Source of the DNA: a virus
DNA length: 64,000 nucleotides
Virus record (IMG/VR): IMGVR_UViG_3300019487_000018
Location: 69,459-133,458 of that record
Reading direction: 5' to 3' (one strand)
The position numbers and the translations under genes are program-made. Within the stretch, counting starts at the first letter, position 1. Each line of letters begins with the position of its first letter. The notes under the pieces are model-generated. The model searched no databases. It worked only from the letters and a program-made list of their open reading frames with translations, and was not told the DNA's origin. Shown here one piece after another: positions 35,742-45,835 of this stretch.

Positions 35742-38700
35742 ATGGCTCAAATATCATTTCGACAGGGTATTATTCGATATCCATCAACAGGCTCCCTTCA
35801 AGCGTTTCTTGTTAAATCAGGCGCGAACGTCAATTTACAAACCACAAATGGCATAGTTGACGTTGCACTTGCACATAAAGATACGAACTATCTATTGACG
35901 GAAACAACGTCCATACCAGCTGCATGGACGGGTATTCCACCAAGCACAGACACGTGGATATATTGGGATATCAATCTTAATACGGGTGTTCGAACATTCG
36001 GACAGACTTTGCTTGCTCCAGTTTTTGGAACCGCCGCACCATCATCACCACAAGAAGATCAGCATTGGTTCAACACTTTATCAGCAACCATGTTTGTGTT
36101 TAGCAATGGATTTTTCCGAGAAGTTATTCGTGTTTTTGCTGCAAAAGTTAACAACACAACATTCACGCCAATGGGAACGATCCAAAGTCAACCGTTTGCT
36201 GGTTCTCAAGTTGGTTTGAACAACACTCCAAGTTTTGTAGGTCGGATCATTTTTGATGATGATGGTAATCCGATCCGTCGTCGGAACGGCACGCTGTTTA
36301 CAACAGAAGATCAGTTTTATATCAATGGTTCCCCAGCAAATACGCTAAAATTTGAAGCAAATGTTCTCACAGCAATTGGTGACGAAACAATCCCACAATT
36401 TTCAGTGGTTAAACTTGTTGATTTTGGCAAAATTCTCCTAGCCGGCTTCAACGATCTTAACACGACATTCATCGGTATGGCCATGCAAAATGGCAATGTC
36501 GGTGAAGTTGTCACAATGGTTTCGCAAGGCACAATTACAAATCCTGTTTGGGATTGGCAAGTTCCTGGTGCACCTTTGTGGGTTCTTGAAAATGGTGAAC
36601 TGACAGAAGATGATCCAAATCTTGTTGATACTGTTACATATCCAACACCAAAACCACCGATCGCCCGCATAATTACACCGACTCAGATCTTTTTCGATCA
36701 AGGCCTCGGTGGACGGGGTGCACAAGGAGATCCCGGTGAAGTCAGTCTTGCAACAGATTTGATACACGGCATTTCCCGTCTGTCCGTATCAGCAGTATTG
36801 GTCAGCGACCCAATTGTAGTTGGTGACAATGACCCACGTAATACAAACGCTCGTGTGCCATTGGCTCACTCACAAGCAGCGAGCACAATTCTCACACCAA
36901 CGTATCTTACATTAACAGCACCGACATTAGATTTTCAATTACAACAATTGTATGATCAAACGTTGAAGCTCGCTGGTGGTACAATGACAGGTGCATTAGT
37001 ACTTGGTACTGGTGCAAGTTTGGATGCTAATAGCAAACCTGTAATAAATGTCCCGACACCAGCAGCTGGTACAGATGCAGCAAACAAGGCATACGTTGAC
37101 AATCGATCACTGGATAACCTAACCGATGTTGTCATTACATCACCAGTTCTAAACAACACTCTATCATACAACGGTACAACTTGGGTTAACTCTCCATTTC
37201 CGTTCATTCCAAGTGTCTTAGATGATTTGACAGATGTAACAATTAGTGCTCCAGTTGCAGGGCATATCCTGCGATACAATGGCACTCAATGGATTAACCA
37301 AGTATTGAATCTTGATGATCTCAACGATGTTGTAATTACAGGACCAGTTAATGGTCAAGTTCTGACATACAGCGCAGGCACGTGGGTAAACGCAGCTGGC
37401 GGTGGCGGTGGTGCCTCAGCTCCATTATATGAAGTTGTTTATGGTACGGGTGCTAGTGTAACAAGTGATCCAACATTTCTGGCTACACTTACTGCATACG
37501 ATGAAGTATTCTTTAGCGTTGCAAAAACAGGCGGTGATAGTACGGGACTTGCAAATGATGCAACAGTCTACACAGCCACTGTTGCGGTTGATGGAGGGTT
37601 ACCGCAATTGGTTGCGGTAACCGGTTCAACTGCACAAACTTATACAACACTGATTAGTGAACTAAATGCCGATACAACTGGCGCAACGTGGGCACTTGTT
37701 AACGGTAATTTGCGTTGTACTTCAGATACACCAAACTCTTCGGCATCTGTTGCAATTGTAGATGTTGATTTATTTGCAACATTAACAGACTTTTCTTTCA
37801 TTTTCCCAACAGCTGCTTACTTAATTCTTTTGCTTGGTGATGAAGGAATTTCAGCAGAAATTCGTGCACCAGCAGCAACAACTCTTGATGCATTTGGCGG
37901 TTCATTAAGTGTATTTGGTGGGCAAGGCGATGGAACAGGTTGGGGTGGCAGTTTATTCCTTGCTGGTGGTGACGGTGGATTGACAAGTGGTGAGGGTGGT
38001 GGAATAACAATACTTGCTGGCGGTGGTGGCACTCCTAATGGATCAGGAGGTGATCTTTCATTATTTGCGGGTGGCGCGAGTGGTACAGGTGACGGCGGCG
38101 ATGTTCAGATCACATGTGGTTCGAATGGTGGCTCCTTCCAGCTTACAGCAGGGAATGGTACCTCATCAGGAATCAGTGGTGGCATTGTTACCATATTAAC
38201 CGGTACTGGCTTCTCAGCCGGTCCAGGTGAAGCAGCAGGTTTCGGAGGAGGAGTTGACATAATCGCATCTCCAGCTGGTTCGAGTTCAGAAATTGACACC
38301 ACTGCTGTAGGAGGCATAGGTGGCTCAATTGGTTTGAGTTGTGGTAGTGGTGGAAATGCCGATAGTGTTGACGACGGTGGAAGTCCAGAAGCTAACGGTG
38401 GAAACGGTGGCGATGTAATCATAAACGCTTCTAGTGGTGGAGCGGCATTTATCTTCGCCGGTACAGGTCCAGGAGACGGAGACGCTGACGGTGGAAACGG
38501 CGGTAGTGTTCTGATCTCTGCGTTGGGTGGCGGCGATGCGGATGTACCTAATGATGGTAATGCCGATGGTGGAGATGGCGGCGACGTTGAAATTGCAGCT
38601 GGTGCAAGAGGGACAGCATCGGTAGGAGGCGTTGGAACTGCAACAAACGGTCGACCTGGTAATATTCTCGAACGAACAACTGCTGGATTTTGGCAAAAAG

Positions 38701-39152
38701 AAGCTGGTGGATTTGCTGAAGGAGTAGCGACTAATAAGACGTTCTTGGTGCGAAATGTTACTGTTGACGATACAGCGACAGAACTATTTCGTGATGGAAC
38801 ACAGGAAACACTACGAATTGAACTTCCTGATGTTGGTGTCAATTTAGCCACTTGGAAATTTGATGTTCACCTTGTTGCCCATGAGGTCGACAACCCAGGC
38901 ATGGGTGGTGGATGGCATTACGCTGGTGTAATTTATTTTGATAGCACTGGTCCAACAACGGCACTAATCGGTACCATACAAACAATTATGATGCCACAGG
39001 AATCTTGGACTGCTGGTGGATCGGCAACAATATCAATTACTGCTGGCACTGGAACTTTGGATATTACCGTTACTGCACCAGCTGGTACTGTTGATGAAAT
39101 TTACTGGCACGCCTATGTAAACGTCGTCGAAGTAACGTTTACAGATACATAA
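35742..39152 (+). CDS. Large virion/fibre protein (1136 aa)
   Basis: N-terminal SFRQGII..DQHWFN domain; LDDLTDV(V/T)I..L.YNG..W.N repeats; Gly-rich xAGxGG repeats; TAAATA at 35710. Confidence 0.85.
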   Translation: MAQISFRQGIIRYPSTGSLQAFLVKSGANVNLQTTNGIVDVALAHKDTNYLLTETTSIPAAWTGIPPSTDTWIYWDINLNTGVRTFGQTLLAPVFGTAAPSSPQEDQHWFNTLSATMFVFSNGFFREVIRVFAAKVNNTTFTPMGTIQSQPFAGSQVGLNNTPSFVGRIIFDDDGNPIRRRNGTLFTTEDQFYINGSPANTLKFEANVLTAIGDETIPQFSVVKLVDFGKILLAGFNDLNTTFIGMAMQNGNVGEVVTMVSQGTITNPVWDWQVPGAPLWVLENGELTEDDPNLVDTVTYPTPKPPIARIITPTQIFFDQGLGGRGAQGDPGEVSLATDLIHGISRLSVSAVLVSDPIVVGDNDPRNTNARVPLAHSQAASTILTPTYLTLTAPTLDFQLQQLYDQTLKLAGGTMTGALVLGTGASLDANSKPVINVPTPAAGTDAANKAYVDNRSLDNLTDVVITSPVLNNTLSYNGTTWVNSPFPFIPSVLDDLTDVTISAPVAGHILRYNGTQWINQVLNLDDLNDVVITGPVNGQVLTYSAGTWVNAAGGGGGASAPLYEVVYGTGASVTSDPTFLATLTAYDEVFFSVAKTGGDSTGLANDATVYTATVAVDGGLPQLVAVTGSTAQTYTTLISELNADTTGATWALVNGNLRCTSDTPNSSASVAIVDVDLFATLTDFSFIFPTAAYLILLLGDEGISAEIRAPAATTLDAFGGSLSVFGGQGDGTGWGGSLFLAGGDGGLTSGEGGGITILAGGGGTPNGSGGDLSLFAGGASGTGDGGDVQITCGSNGGSFQLTAGNGTSSGISGGIVTILTGTGFSAGPGEAAGFGGGVDIIASPAGSSSEIDTTAVGGIGGSIGLSCGSGGNADSVDDGGSPEANGGNGGDVIINASSGGAAFIFAGTGPGDGDADGGNGGSVLISALGGGDADVPNDGNADGGDGGDVEIAAGARGTASVGGVGTATNGRPGNILERTTAGFWQKEAGGFAEGVATNKTFLVRNVTVDDTATELFRDGTQETLRIELPDVGVNLATWKFDVHLVAHEVDNPGMGGGWHYAGVIYFDSTGPTTALIGTIQTIMMPQESWTAGGSATISITAGTGTLDITVTAPAGTVDEIYWHAYVNVVEVTFTDT

Positions 39153-39210
39153 TCATCGGTTTTTGGGGCAGTTACAATAAATAATCTCAAAGACTCTTCG
39201 GGAGAATAAC

Positions 39211-41844
39211 ATGCGTGTTACTTTTAGACAAGGTACAGTTGCCAACGCTGTCGTTTCAACATACAGCATGGGCACCAGCAATATTTCAGGTTTTTTCGTT
39301 AACCTGAGTGTGCCAAACCCGAACTTCCCAGTAACATACCATTTCGCTGACGGGAACCGAAACTATTTGCATGCATTCCGTTTGACACGTGCAGATGCTT
39401 GGGGTCCTTTCCTTCCTGGCATTGACGCATATCTGTACGTTGATATCAACACAAGTACAGGTGCAATCAGCTTCGGGTCAAGCGCATTTGATCCAGTTGT
39501 TGCAGTAACTGCTCCACCATCACCAGCACAAGATCAGCACTGGTTCGACATGCTGAACAAGCAGATGAAGGTGTGGGATAGCGTTGCAATGCAATGGGTT
39601 CGCAAGGTTCGTGTGTTCGTTGGCAAGTTGTCGCTTGGCGCTCTGCCACTAGTCAGCATGTCTATCAACGCTGGTTTGTCGAACTCCAACGCAAGCTACT
39701 ACCTTGGCACAACAATTGGTGATCAGTCACCAAACTCTGCTGGTTTCATCCTGTTCAACAACAATGGTGATGTTCTCCGTCGTAGTGATGGTACATTCAT
39801 CACTACTGAAGACACACTGATCGCTGAAGGTGTTCAAGAATCCGCTCCAATCACATTTGCGACAAACACACTTGCAGCTGTTGCAAGCGCCTCTCTATCC
39901 GCATACACAATGGTTGCGTTTTCAGCACCAGGTGAAGTTAGTGCGATGACCGACCTTGATGTCAACTCAAAGGTATACGGTATCATCGTTGAGAGCGTAG
40001 CAATGGGTGGAACGGTCACAGTTGTCACACAGGGTATTGTTAACAACCCGCTGTGGAGCTGGCCAACGGTTAATGCTCCGTTGTATGTCGACGGTACAGG
40101 CCAACTGACAACAACTCGTCCAGCTTCTGCGCCAGATCCTGTTGCAGCAGTTGTCGATGAATTCACAATCTACTTACTCGCATGCGACGTCAACGTTCCA
40201 AGTGATATCTTCGATATTACATACGTGAACACAGCTGGCGATACAATGACCGGTTCGTTGATCATGACCGGCGCTGGCACACAGGTCGTTCTAACAAACG
40301 CACCAACACTCGGTTCACACGCTGTCAACAAGACCTACTCCGATGCTCAGCTCGCTGCACACGCTGCTGATTTCACCCTGCATGTAACAGCAAACCAGAA
40401 TGGCATGCTAGACACGTTAGAAGCAGGCGGCAACGGAATCGTTGTTAAGAATGCAACGGCAACAACAGTCACACGCTCGCTTGTAGCACCTGCAGCTGGC
40501 TTGACAATCACAAACCCAGATGGTGTTGTTGACAACCCAACGTTTGCTCTTGCAAATGATCTTGCAGCGCTTGAAGGTCTTGGAACATTTGGATTTGCAA
40601 CGCGTACTGGTGTTGATACGTGGTTGACACGTACAATGACAGGCACAGCTGGCAACATCGTAGTAACAAACGGTGATGGTGTTTCAGGTGTCCCAACATT
40701 TGACTTGGCTCCTATCGTCCAAGGCGTTGGCGGTACACTTAGCAAAGTCACACTCGACGGTTTCGGTCGTGTAACACAAAACACACCAGTGGTTGTAGCA
40801 GACATTACAGCGCTCGTTGATGGAACGTATGTCAACGTAACCGGTGACACAATGTCCGGCAACTTGGCAATGGGTGGTTTCAAGGTTACTGGTCTTGCAA
40901 ATGGTACGGTATCCGGTGATGCGCTTCATTTTGGTCAGATCGGTGCTCAAGTTCAAGGATGGGACGCAGGTCTTGATGAATTGGCCGCACTAGCAACAAA
41001 TGGTCCAATCCGTAGGACTGGCGGTGCATTTGTTGTAGGTAGCCCAACACTTGATGAAGTTACAAACGCTGCTGCAAGTGCTTCTCGCTCACACGGCAAC
41101 AACACAATTGAATGGGAATGGTCCCGTACATCTATTGGACCAACGTTCTGGTTTGATGAAGCCGTTGCCGCAACGGGTGGTAGTGATCTAAACCAGCCTC
41201 TGGTTTTGGTTCGAACATTAGCTGGATCAACAGCAGCTCCGTTTGCTGTGTTAAGCACAGAAGGTTCCGCAAGTTACTTGATGGCCGTTGCTCGTGTAGC
41301 AACAACAACCGGTTACGATCTGCGACTTCGAAGTGGTGATCATACAACAGGCCACGCTGGTAACGTTACGGTCACAGGTGGTAGTGGTATTGCAGCCGCA
41401 AGCAATGGTGGTAACGTTACTCTTACAGCTGGTACAGGTACAACGACTGGTGCTGGTGGTGACATTTCTATTACTGCAGGTGCAACAGGTACCTCAGGGC
41501 TTGCTGGTGACATCGTCGTGACCGCAGGTGCTGGAGGAACTACCGGTACAGCTGGTGTTATTACAATCTCTGGTGGCGCCGGCGGTACCACAACAGGAAA
41601 TGGTGGTAATGTTCGTATGCAGGGTGGTGCGTTTACTTCAGGTGCCACAGGAAACGTTGTTGCAGGTCGTGGTACAACAACCACGACTCGTGACGGTGAC
41701 TTCTTGCAGATTCCAACAGTATCAGGAGCTCCAACAGGAACACCAGTGAACGAATCAGGTATGGTTTCAATTGTCTTCCGTACTGACACAAACCAAATCT
41801 ATGTTTACGACGGTGCATGGTTGTCAACAGCAGCCCTCACATAA
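39211..41844 (+). CDS. Large virion/fibre protein (877 aa), paralogue of 35742..39152
   Basis: TFRQGTV, PSPAQDQHWFD, RRSDGTFITTED shared with the upstream ORF; YVNxxGDTM motifs; Gly-rich tail. Confidence 0.85.
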   Translation: MRVTFRQGTVANAVVSTYSMGTSNISGFFVNLSVPNPNFPVTYHFADGNRNYLHAFRLTRADAWGPFLPGIDAYLYVDINTSTGAISFGSSAFDPVVAVTAPPSPAQDQHWFDMLNKQMKVWDSVAMQWVRKVRVFVGKLSLGALPLVSMSINAGLSNSNASYYLGTTIGDQSPNSAGFILFNNNGDVLRRSDGTFITTEDTLIAEGVQESAPITFATNTLAAVASASLSAYTMVAFSAPGEVSAMTDLDVNSKVYGIIVESVAMGGTVTVVTQGIVNNPLWSWPTVNAPLYVDGTGQLTTTRPASAPDPVAAVVDEFTIYLLACDVNVPSDIFDITYVNTAGDTMTGSLIMTGAGTQVVLTNAPTLGSHAVNKTYSDAQLAAHAADFTLHVTANQNGMLDTLEAGGNGIVVKNATATTVTRSLVAPAAGLTITNPDGVVDNPTFALANDLAALEGLGTFGFATRTGVDTWLTRTMTGTAGNIVVTNGDGVSGVPTFDLAPIVQGVGGTLSKVTLDGFGRVTQNTPVVVADITALVDGTYVNVTGDTMSGNLAMGGFKVTGLANGTVSGDALHFGQIGAQVQGWDAGLDELAALATNGPIRRTGGAFVVGSPTLDEVTNAAASASRSHGNNTIEWEWSRTSIGPTFWFDEAVAATGGSDLNQPLVLVRTLAGSTAAPFAVLSTEGSASYLMAVARVATTTGYDLRLRSGDHTTGHAGNVTVTGGSGIAAASNGGNVTLTAGTGTTTGAGGDISITAGATGTSGLAGDIVVTAGAGGTTGTAGVITISGGAGGTTTGNGGNVRMQGGAFTSGATGNVVAGRGTTTTTRDGDFLQIPTVSGAPTGTPVNESGMVSIVFRTDTNQIYVYDGAWLSTAALT

Positions 41845-41862
41845 TTCGTTTAACCTAAACCA

Positions 41863-41890
41863 AGGGCCGCCTTGTGCGGCCCTGTTGTTT
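41863..41890 (+). terminator. Rho-independent terminator ending the fibre operon
   Basis: AGGGCCGC-CTTGT-GCGGCCCT stem followed by GTTGTTT. Confidence 0.6.
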
Positions 41891-41894
41891 GGTG

Positions 41895-41902
41895 TATAAA
41901 TA
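41895..41902 (+). promoter_or_regulatory. Perfect T4-type late promoter TATAAATA
   Basis: Exact consensus 20 nt upstream of ATG 41922. Confidence 0.7.
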
Positions 41903-41921
41903 AAGCATAAGGAGAAACAAA

Positions 41922-42554
41922 ATGAAGTACTTCTTGTGCGCCCTCACTCTTGCATTTTTCTCATCTTCCGTTTTTGGTACAGTTGTTGCAAACGGTTGCA
42001 AAATCAACGCTGATACGTTGAAAGAATCTTTGGAACACTCAATCCGAATCGTTCGAGATCCACAAGGACGACAACGCGTTGAATCACAACCTTGCAATAG
42101 AGCATTTCGAATCGAATTCTTCATTGCTCCGTATTCCCTTGCAAAGCATACAAATGATGAGTTTCTTGGTGTTGATGAAGAAGGACTAGACCAAACAGAC
42201 CAGTACGTGAATTACCTCGTGTACTTGCCAAGCGTCAAGATCAACATTCCGATCATGAATGAGGGTGACGCAAAGAAATTTGACGACAGTAATATTGGTT
42301 GGACTGGACCAACATTGCCCCTTAGCGTAGATATTAAAGGTATATTTTCAGGCGCGCCCCGACTGATGGCGGCACACAAAGCTTACAAACGATTGCTGGT
42401 TGTTGGACGAACGAATGCAGCAATTCAATTCGAGTTGTATATTTCACTACCAGATCGAGTTTACAATGATCCACAAAGTCTCAAAGATGCCCTGGACAAC
42501 ACGTTCCGACGTGTAAGGATCAATTCGGTAGGTGGCATAAGTGTTACTGAATGA
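41922..42554 (+). CDS. Hypothetical exported protein (signal peptide)
   Basis: MKYFLCALTLAFFSSSVFG N-terminus; AAGGAG RBS. Confidence 0.7.
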   Translation: MKYFLCALTLAFFSSSVFGTVVANGCKINADTLKESLEHSIRIVRDPQGRQRVESQPCNRAFRIEFFIAPYSLAKHTNDEFLGVDEEGLDQTDQYVNYLVYLPSVKINIPIMNEGDAKKFDDSNIGWTGPTLPLSVDIKGIFSGAPRLMAAHKAYKRLLVVGRTNAAIQFELYISLPDRVYNDPQSLKDALDNTFRRVRINSVGGISVTE

Positions 42555-42600
42555 TTGGTGGTTTGACTTCGATCAATCATAAATACCCATGGTGTTGAAG

Positions 42601-42629
42601 TTGACACCAATCAGAAGTGAATGTAAAGT
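42601..42629 (+). promoter_or_regulatory. Sigma70-like promoter upstream of ssb
   Basis: TTGACA-N17-TAAAGT. Confidence 0.55.
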
Positions 42630-42687
42630 GAACCAGCTTTTTTCTTGAAGAGAAAAGTTATAACAATTAGAAGCGAGGATAACAACT

Positions 42688-43641
42688 ATGACAACAAAAC
42701 TCACTCTCGAACAGCTTCGCGCTAACATCGGTCAAGATGAACAAGGCGAACGCGTCGGTCTCCCAAACAACTACTTTCCATTCTGGAAGATGAAAGAAGG
42801 CGAACGAGCAGTTATTCGTTTCCTACCCGATAAGAATCCAGAGAACCCACGTGGCTTCCTAGCACAGAAGGTAATGCACGTTCTCGAAATCAATGGGGAA
42901 AAGAAGTCTGTCCCATGTCTTTCGATGTACGGTGAAGATTGCCCAATTTGCAAGGCATCTCAAGACTTTTACAAGGTTGAGGGAAAGGAAAGCCCAAACG
43001 GTAAGAAGTACTGGAAGAAGAAGCAGCACATCGCACAGGCAATCGTTCTGGAAGATCCACTTCCAGCCGACGAGAAGACTGGTGAAACACATGTAGGCAG
43101 GGTTCGCTACATCGCTCTCGGATTCCAACTGTGGCAGATCATTCAGAACGCATTTAAGAGCTCTGAAACACTGGAAAGCATCCCGTACAACTTCGATGAT
43201 GGATATGACTTCATCATTCAGAAGGACAAGGGACCGAAGTACCCAACATACCAACTCAACTCGAAGTTCCGCGCTAGGCAGCGTGCACTCACAGAAGACG
43301 AACTCGCAATCGCAGCGGAAGGCATGTCAGATCTGGCAGCGCTTCTTCCAAAGCACCCAGGTCGTGAGAAAGTCGAAGAGATGCTTCACGCAGCTCTGAC
43401 AGGTGCGAACTATCAGGGTAGTGGTGTCGACGGGGACAGTATTCCTGATCCGGATGATGTTACGCCAGCACGGAAGCCAGTGGTAGCCGTTAAGCCTACT
43501 CTTGACGATGAACCATTTGTAGCTCCAAAACAAACTGCACCTGCTAAGCCAGAGTCTGCAGACGCGCAAAGCGACGTTGATGAAATGCTCGCTACGATCA
43601 AAGCACGTCGAGCAGCTCAAAAGGCAGCATCAGCAGCGTAA
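42688..43641 (+). CDS. ssb: Single-stranded DNA-binding protein (T4 gp32-like)
   Basis: VIRFLPD, H..SVPC..YGEDCPIC, KYWKKK, acidic tail; precedes the recombinase. Confidence 0.85.
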   Translation: MTTKLTLEQLRANIGQDEQGERVGLPNNYFPFWKMKEGERAVIRFLPDKNPENPRGFLAQKVMHVLEINGEKKSVPCLSMYGEDCPICKASQDFYKVEGKESPNGKKYWKKKQHIAQAIVLEDPLPADEKTGETHVGRVRYIALGFQLWQIIQNAFKSSETLESIPYNFDDGYDFIIQKDKGPKYPTYQLNSKFRARQRALTEDELAIAAEGMSDLAALLPKHPGREKVEEMLHAALTGANYQGSGVDGDSIPDPDDVTPARKPVVAVKPTLDDEPFVAPKQTAPAKPESADAQSDVDEMLATIKARRAAQKAASAA

Positions 43642-43647
43642 TGAACA

Positions 43648-43674
43648 AGAGGGTGGCTGAGCCACCCTCTTTCT
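43648..43674 (+). terminator. Hairpin/terminator between ssb and uvsX
   Basis: AGAGGGTGGC-TGA-GCCACCCTCT 10-bp stem then TTCT. Confidence 0.65.
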
Positions 43675-43689
43675 CACAAGGAGACTACC

Positions 43690-44796
43690 ATGGGAAATAG
43701 TTTAGGGTTTCTCGACGACTTTAACAAAGAACTCGAGGAAATGGAAGGTGTTGGCACATCTTCAAAACCACCACGTTACTGGTACTCAACTGGTAACTTC
43801 GTTCTCAACAAGATCATCTCTGGCAGTTTCGCCAAAGGTATCCCACAAGGACGTGTGACGAATCTTGCTGGACCATCAGGTGCTGGTAAGAGTTTCGTTG
43901 CAGCAAACATTGTTCGTGAAGCACAGCGTCGAGGTGCGATTACACTGGTTATCGACAGTGAGAATGCGCTTGATGACGACTTCATGGGCAAGATCGGTGT
44001 AAACACCGATCGTTCAACAAAGAAGTACTTCTATGCGGGTGTGGTCACCGTTCAAGATGTAACGCGTGTGTTCTCGAAGTTCATGAACGCATACAAAGAA
44101 TCGTGTGCGGAAGATCCAGAAAATGGTCAGGAAATTCTGATCGTTTTAGATAGCATCGACATGCTGCTGACTGAAACAGAGCAAGAAAACTACGACAAAG
44201 GTGTACAGAAAGGCGACCAAGGTCAGAAGAACAGGCAGACGAAAAAGCTACTGAAAACAATGGTTCAAGACATCAAGCCGTACAACGTAGCTGTGGTTGT
44301 AACATCACAGGTCTATCGTAACCAAGATTTGTTAAATGGTGAAGGTCTTTGGATCATCAGTGAAGCGGTGAAGTTCTCTGCGTCACAGATCATCATGCTG
44401 ACAAAGCTCAAACTGAAGGAAGCGGGCGAATCAATTGTCCACGGCATTCGTATGAAGTGTGAAGGTTACAAAACACGATTTACTAAGCCGTATCAAACAG
44501 TGACAATCGAAGTTCCGTATGATACTGGGATGGATCCATACTCCGGTCTTATCGAAACTGCAGTCGAAATGGGTGTGGTTGAGACGAAGGGCTCGCGGTA
44601 CGTGATCGACGGCGAAGACGAATCATGGTATAAAAAGGATGTTGCAGCCGTTGCTGATCGAATCTTGGTCAAGGCGGAGGCAAAAACAGAAGCATATCTT
44701 AAAGCTCGTATTGATGAGGCGATGGAAGCTGAAGAGGATGGTGAGTCGAAAGACGACACAGCAACACGCCGTCGCTTGAAGAGGGCAAAAAAATGA
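43690..44796 (+). CDS. uvsX: UvsX/RecA-like recombinase
   Basis: YSTGNFVLN..SG..GIPQGR, GPSGAGKS, IDSENALD, IVLDSI, VTSQVY. Confidence 0.92.
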   Translation: MGNSLGFLDDFNKELEEMEGVGTSSKPPRYWYSTGNFVLNKIISGSFAKGIPQGRVTNLAGPSGAGKSFVAANIVREAQRRGAITLVIDSENALDDDFMGKIGVNTDRSTKKYFYAGVVTVQDVTRVFSKFMNAYKESCAEDPENGQEILIVLDSIDMLLTETEQENYDKGVQKGDQGQKNRQTKKLLKTMVQDIKPYNVAVVVTSQVYRNQDLLNGEGLWIISEAVKFSASQIIMLTKLKLKEAGESIVHGIRMKCEGYKTRFTKPYQTVTIEVPYDTGMDPYSGLIETAVEMGVVETKGSRYVIDGEDESWYKKDVAAVADRILVKAEAKTEAYLKARIDEAMEAEEDGESKDDTATRRRLKRAKK

Positions 44797-44987
44797 AGGC
44801 GAGCCAACTACCAGCGTATAAAATCATCACATCGTTAAGCTACGACCTTGATAGGTTGACAGCAGCCGTCAATCAATTTGTTGCAGAGACGCCTGGTCAG
44901 TGGATCTGTGTTGGCCCTCCGTTCCAAGCATCGATAGCGGCCGGTGAGCACCGCGGCATGGCACAAGCGTTGGAGCGAAAAGATTGA
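44793..44987 (+). CDS. Small hypothetical protein
   Basis: 64 aa, ATGA-coupled to uvsX. Confidence 0.55.
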   Translation: MKASQLPAYKIITSLSYDLDRLTAAVNQFVAETPGQWICVGPPFQASIAAGEHRGMAQALERKD

Positions 44988-45038
44988 CCTTTAATCCAAA
45001 ATAGTGGACGGTAGTCCGTTCCTTATTAGGAGCTTAAC

Positions 45039-45143
45039 ATGTTCGATAGAAAGAAGCAACGATTGAAGTGGGGAAGGGCAAACGGCGAATTATCAGCTCA
45101 CGAGCAAACACTCTTAAAAATGATGCAACTGTTACGGAAATGA
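45039..45143 (+). CDS. Small hypothetical protein (34 aa; not in ORF track)
   Basis: AGGAG RBS; MFDRKKQRLKWGRANGELSAHEQTLLKMMQLLRK*. Confidence 0.4.
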   Translation: MFDRKKQRLKWGRANGELSAHEQTLLKMMQLLRK

Positions 45144-45176
45144 CATTGATTCTTGAAGACCTCAAAAGGATAAACA

Positions 45177-45710
45177 ATGGAAATCTACGACGCACAAGAA
45201 CTGGCGCAGAGGAATTTGATTGTAAAGCACTACGCTGGATCACATGCATACGGTACAGCTCTGCCTACATCCGACATTGACTTTCGCGGAATTTTTGTCG
45301 CTCAGCCTGTCAACGTTCGGACACCTTTCTTTCCAATCACGGAAGTTGAAGTGTCGACTGAACAAGATACAAAACTGTACGAGTTGGCAAACTTCATGAA
45401 GCTTGTTGTTGACTGCAACCCGAACGTTGTTGAAACATTGTGGGTTGCAGATCGCGACATTGTATTCCGTACTCCTGCATACGATTTGCTTCGTAGGCAC
45501 GCGCCCGATCTGTTGTGTTCGAAGATTGCTTTCACAACGAGTGGCTATGCCTTGGCACAGTTGAAACGGATCAAGGGACATAACAAATGGATTACACAGG
45601 CTGATAAAGGTATAAAAAAACTGCGTCATGCTTTCAAGATGAGTGAAATAGATTACAAATGGCTTGAAGAACATTTTGATGAAACAATCGTTAAACGAGT
45701 GGTTGAGTAA
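45177..45710 (+). CDS. Pol-beta-superfamily nucleotidyltransferase (Nuc-transf/RlaP-like), N-terminal half
   Basis: GSHAYGT..TSDIDFRGIF catalytic motif, NPNVVETLW, GYALAQLKRI. Confidence 0.85.
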   Translation: MEIYDAQELAQRNLIVKHYAGSHAYGTALPTSDIDFRGIFVAQPVNVRTPFFPITEVEVSTEQDTKLYELANFMKLVVDCNPNVVETLWVADRDIVFRTPAYDLLRRHAPDLLCSKIAFTTSGYALAQLKRIKGHNKWITQADKGIKKLRHAFKMSEIDYKWLEEHFDETIVKRVVE

Positions 45711-45835
45711 TGTTTTACGTTTATGGTCTAATCGATAGTTTCACCAATAAAGTTTTCTATGTTGGTAAGGGCTGCAAAGATACCATCGGAAACACGAGAG
45801 AAAATTCGTGCAACACTCAAAAGGAAAGCAAATGA
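45710..45835 (+). pseudogene. GIY-YIG-like homing endonuclease remnant (41 aa; not in ORF track)
   Basis: MFYVYGLIDSFTNKVFYVGKG, then in another frame SETREKIRATLK (NUMOD3-like); TAATG overlap at the 5' end and ATGA at the 3' end. Confidence 0.75.

Noticed and set aside
27900-41700. GGT/GCT-rich periodic DNA as a tandem repeat or diversity-generating retroelement target
   Set aside because: Explained by Gly-rich fibre protein repeats; I saw no reverse transcriptase and no template/variable repeat pair differing only at adenines.
42552-42687. 9-bp inverted repeat (TGATTGGTG / CACCAATCA) and AT-rich ssb leader as a T4 gene 32-like autoregulatory element
   Set aside because: The arms are about 45 nt apart and straddle the promoter, so they would not both be in the transcript; no pseudoknot could be supported.
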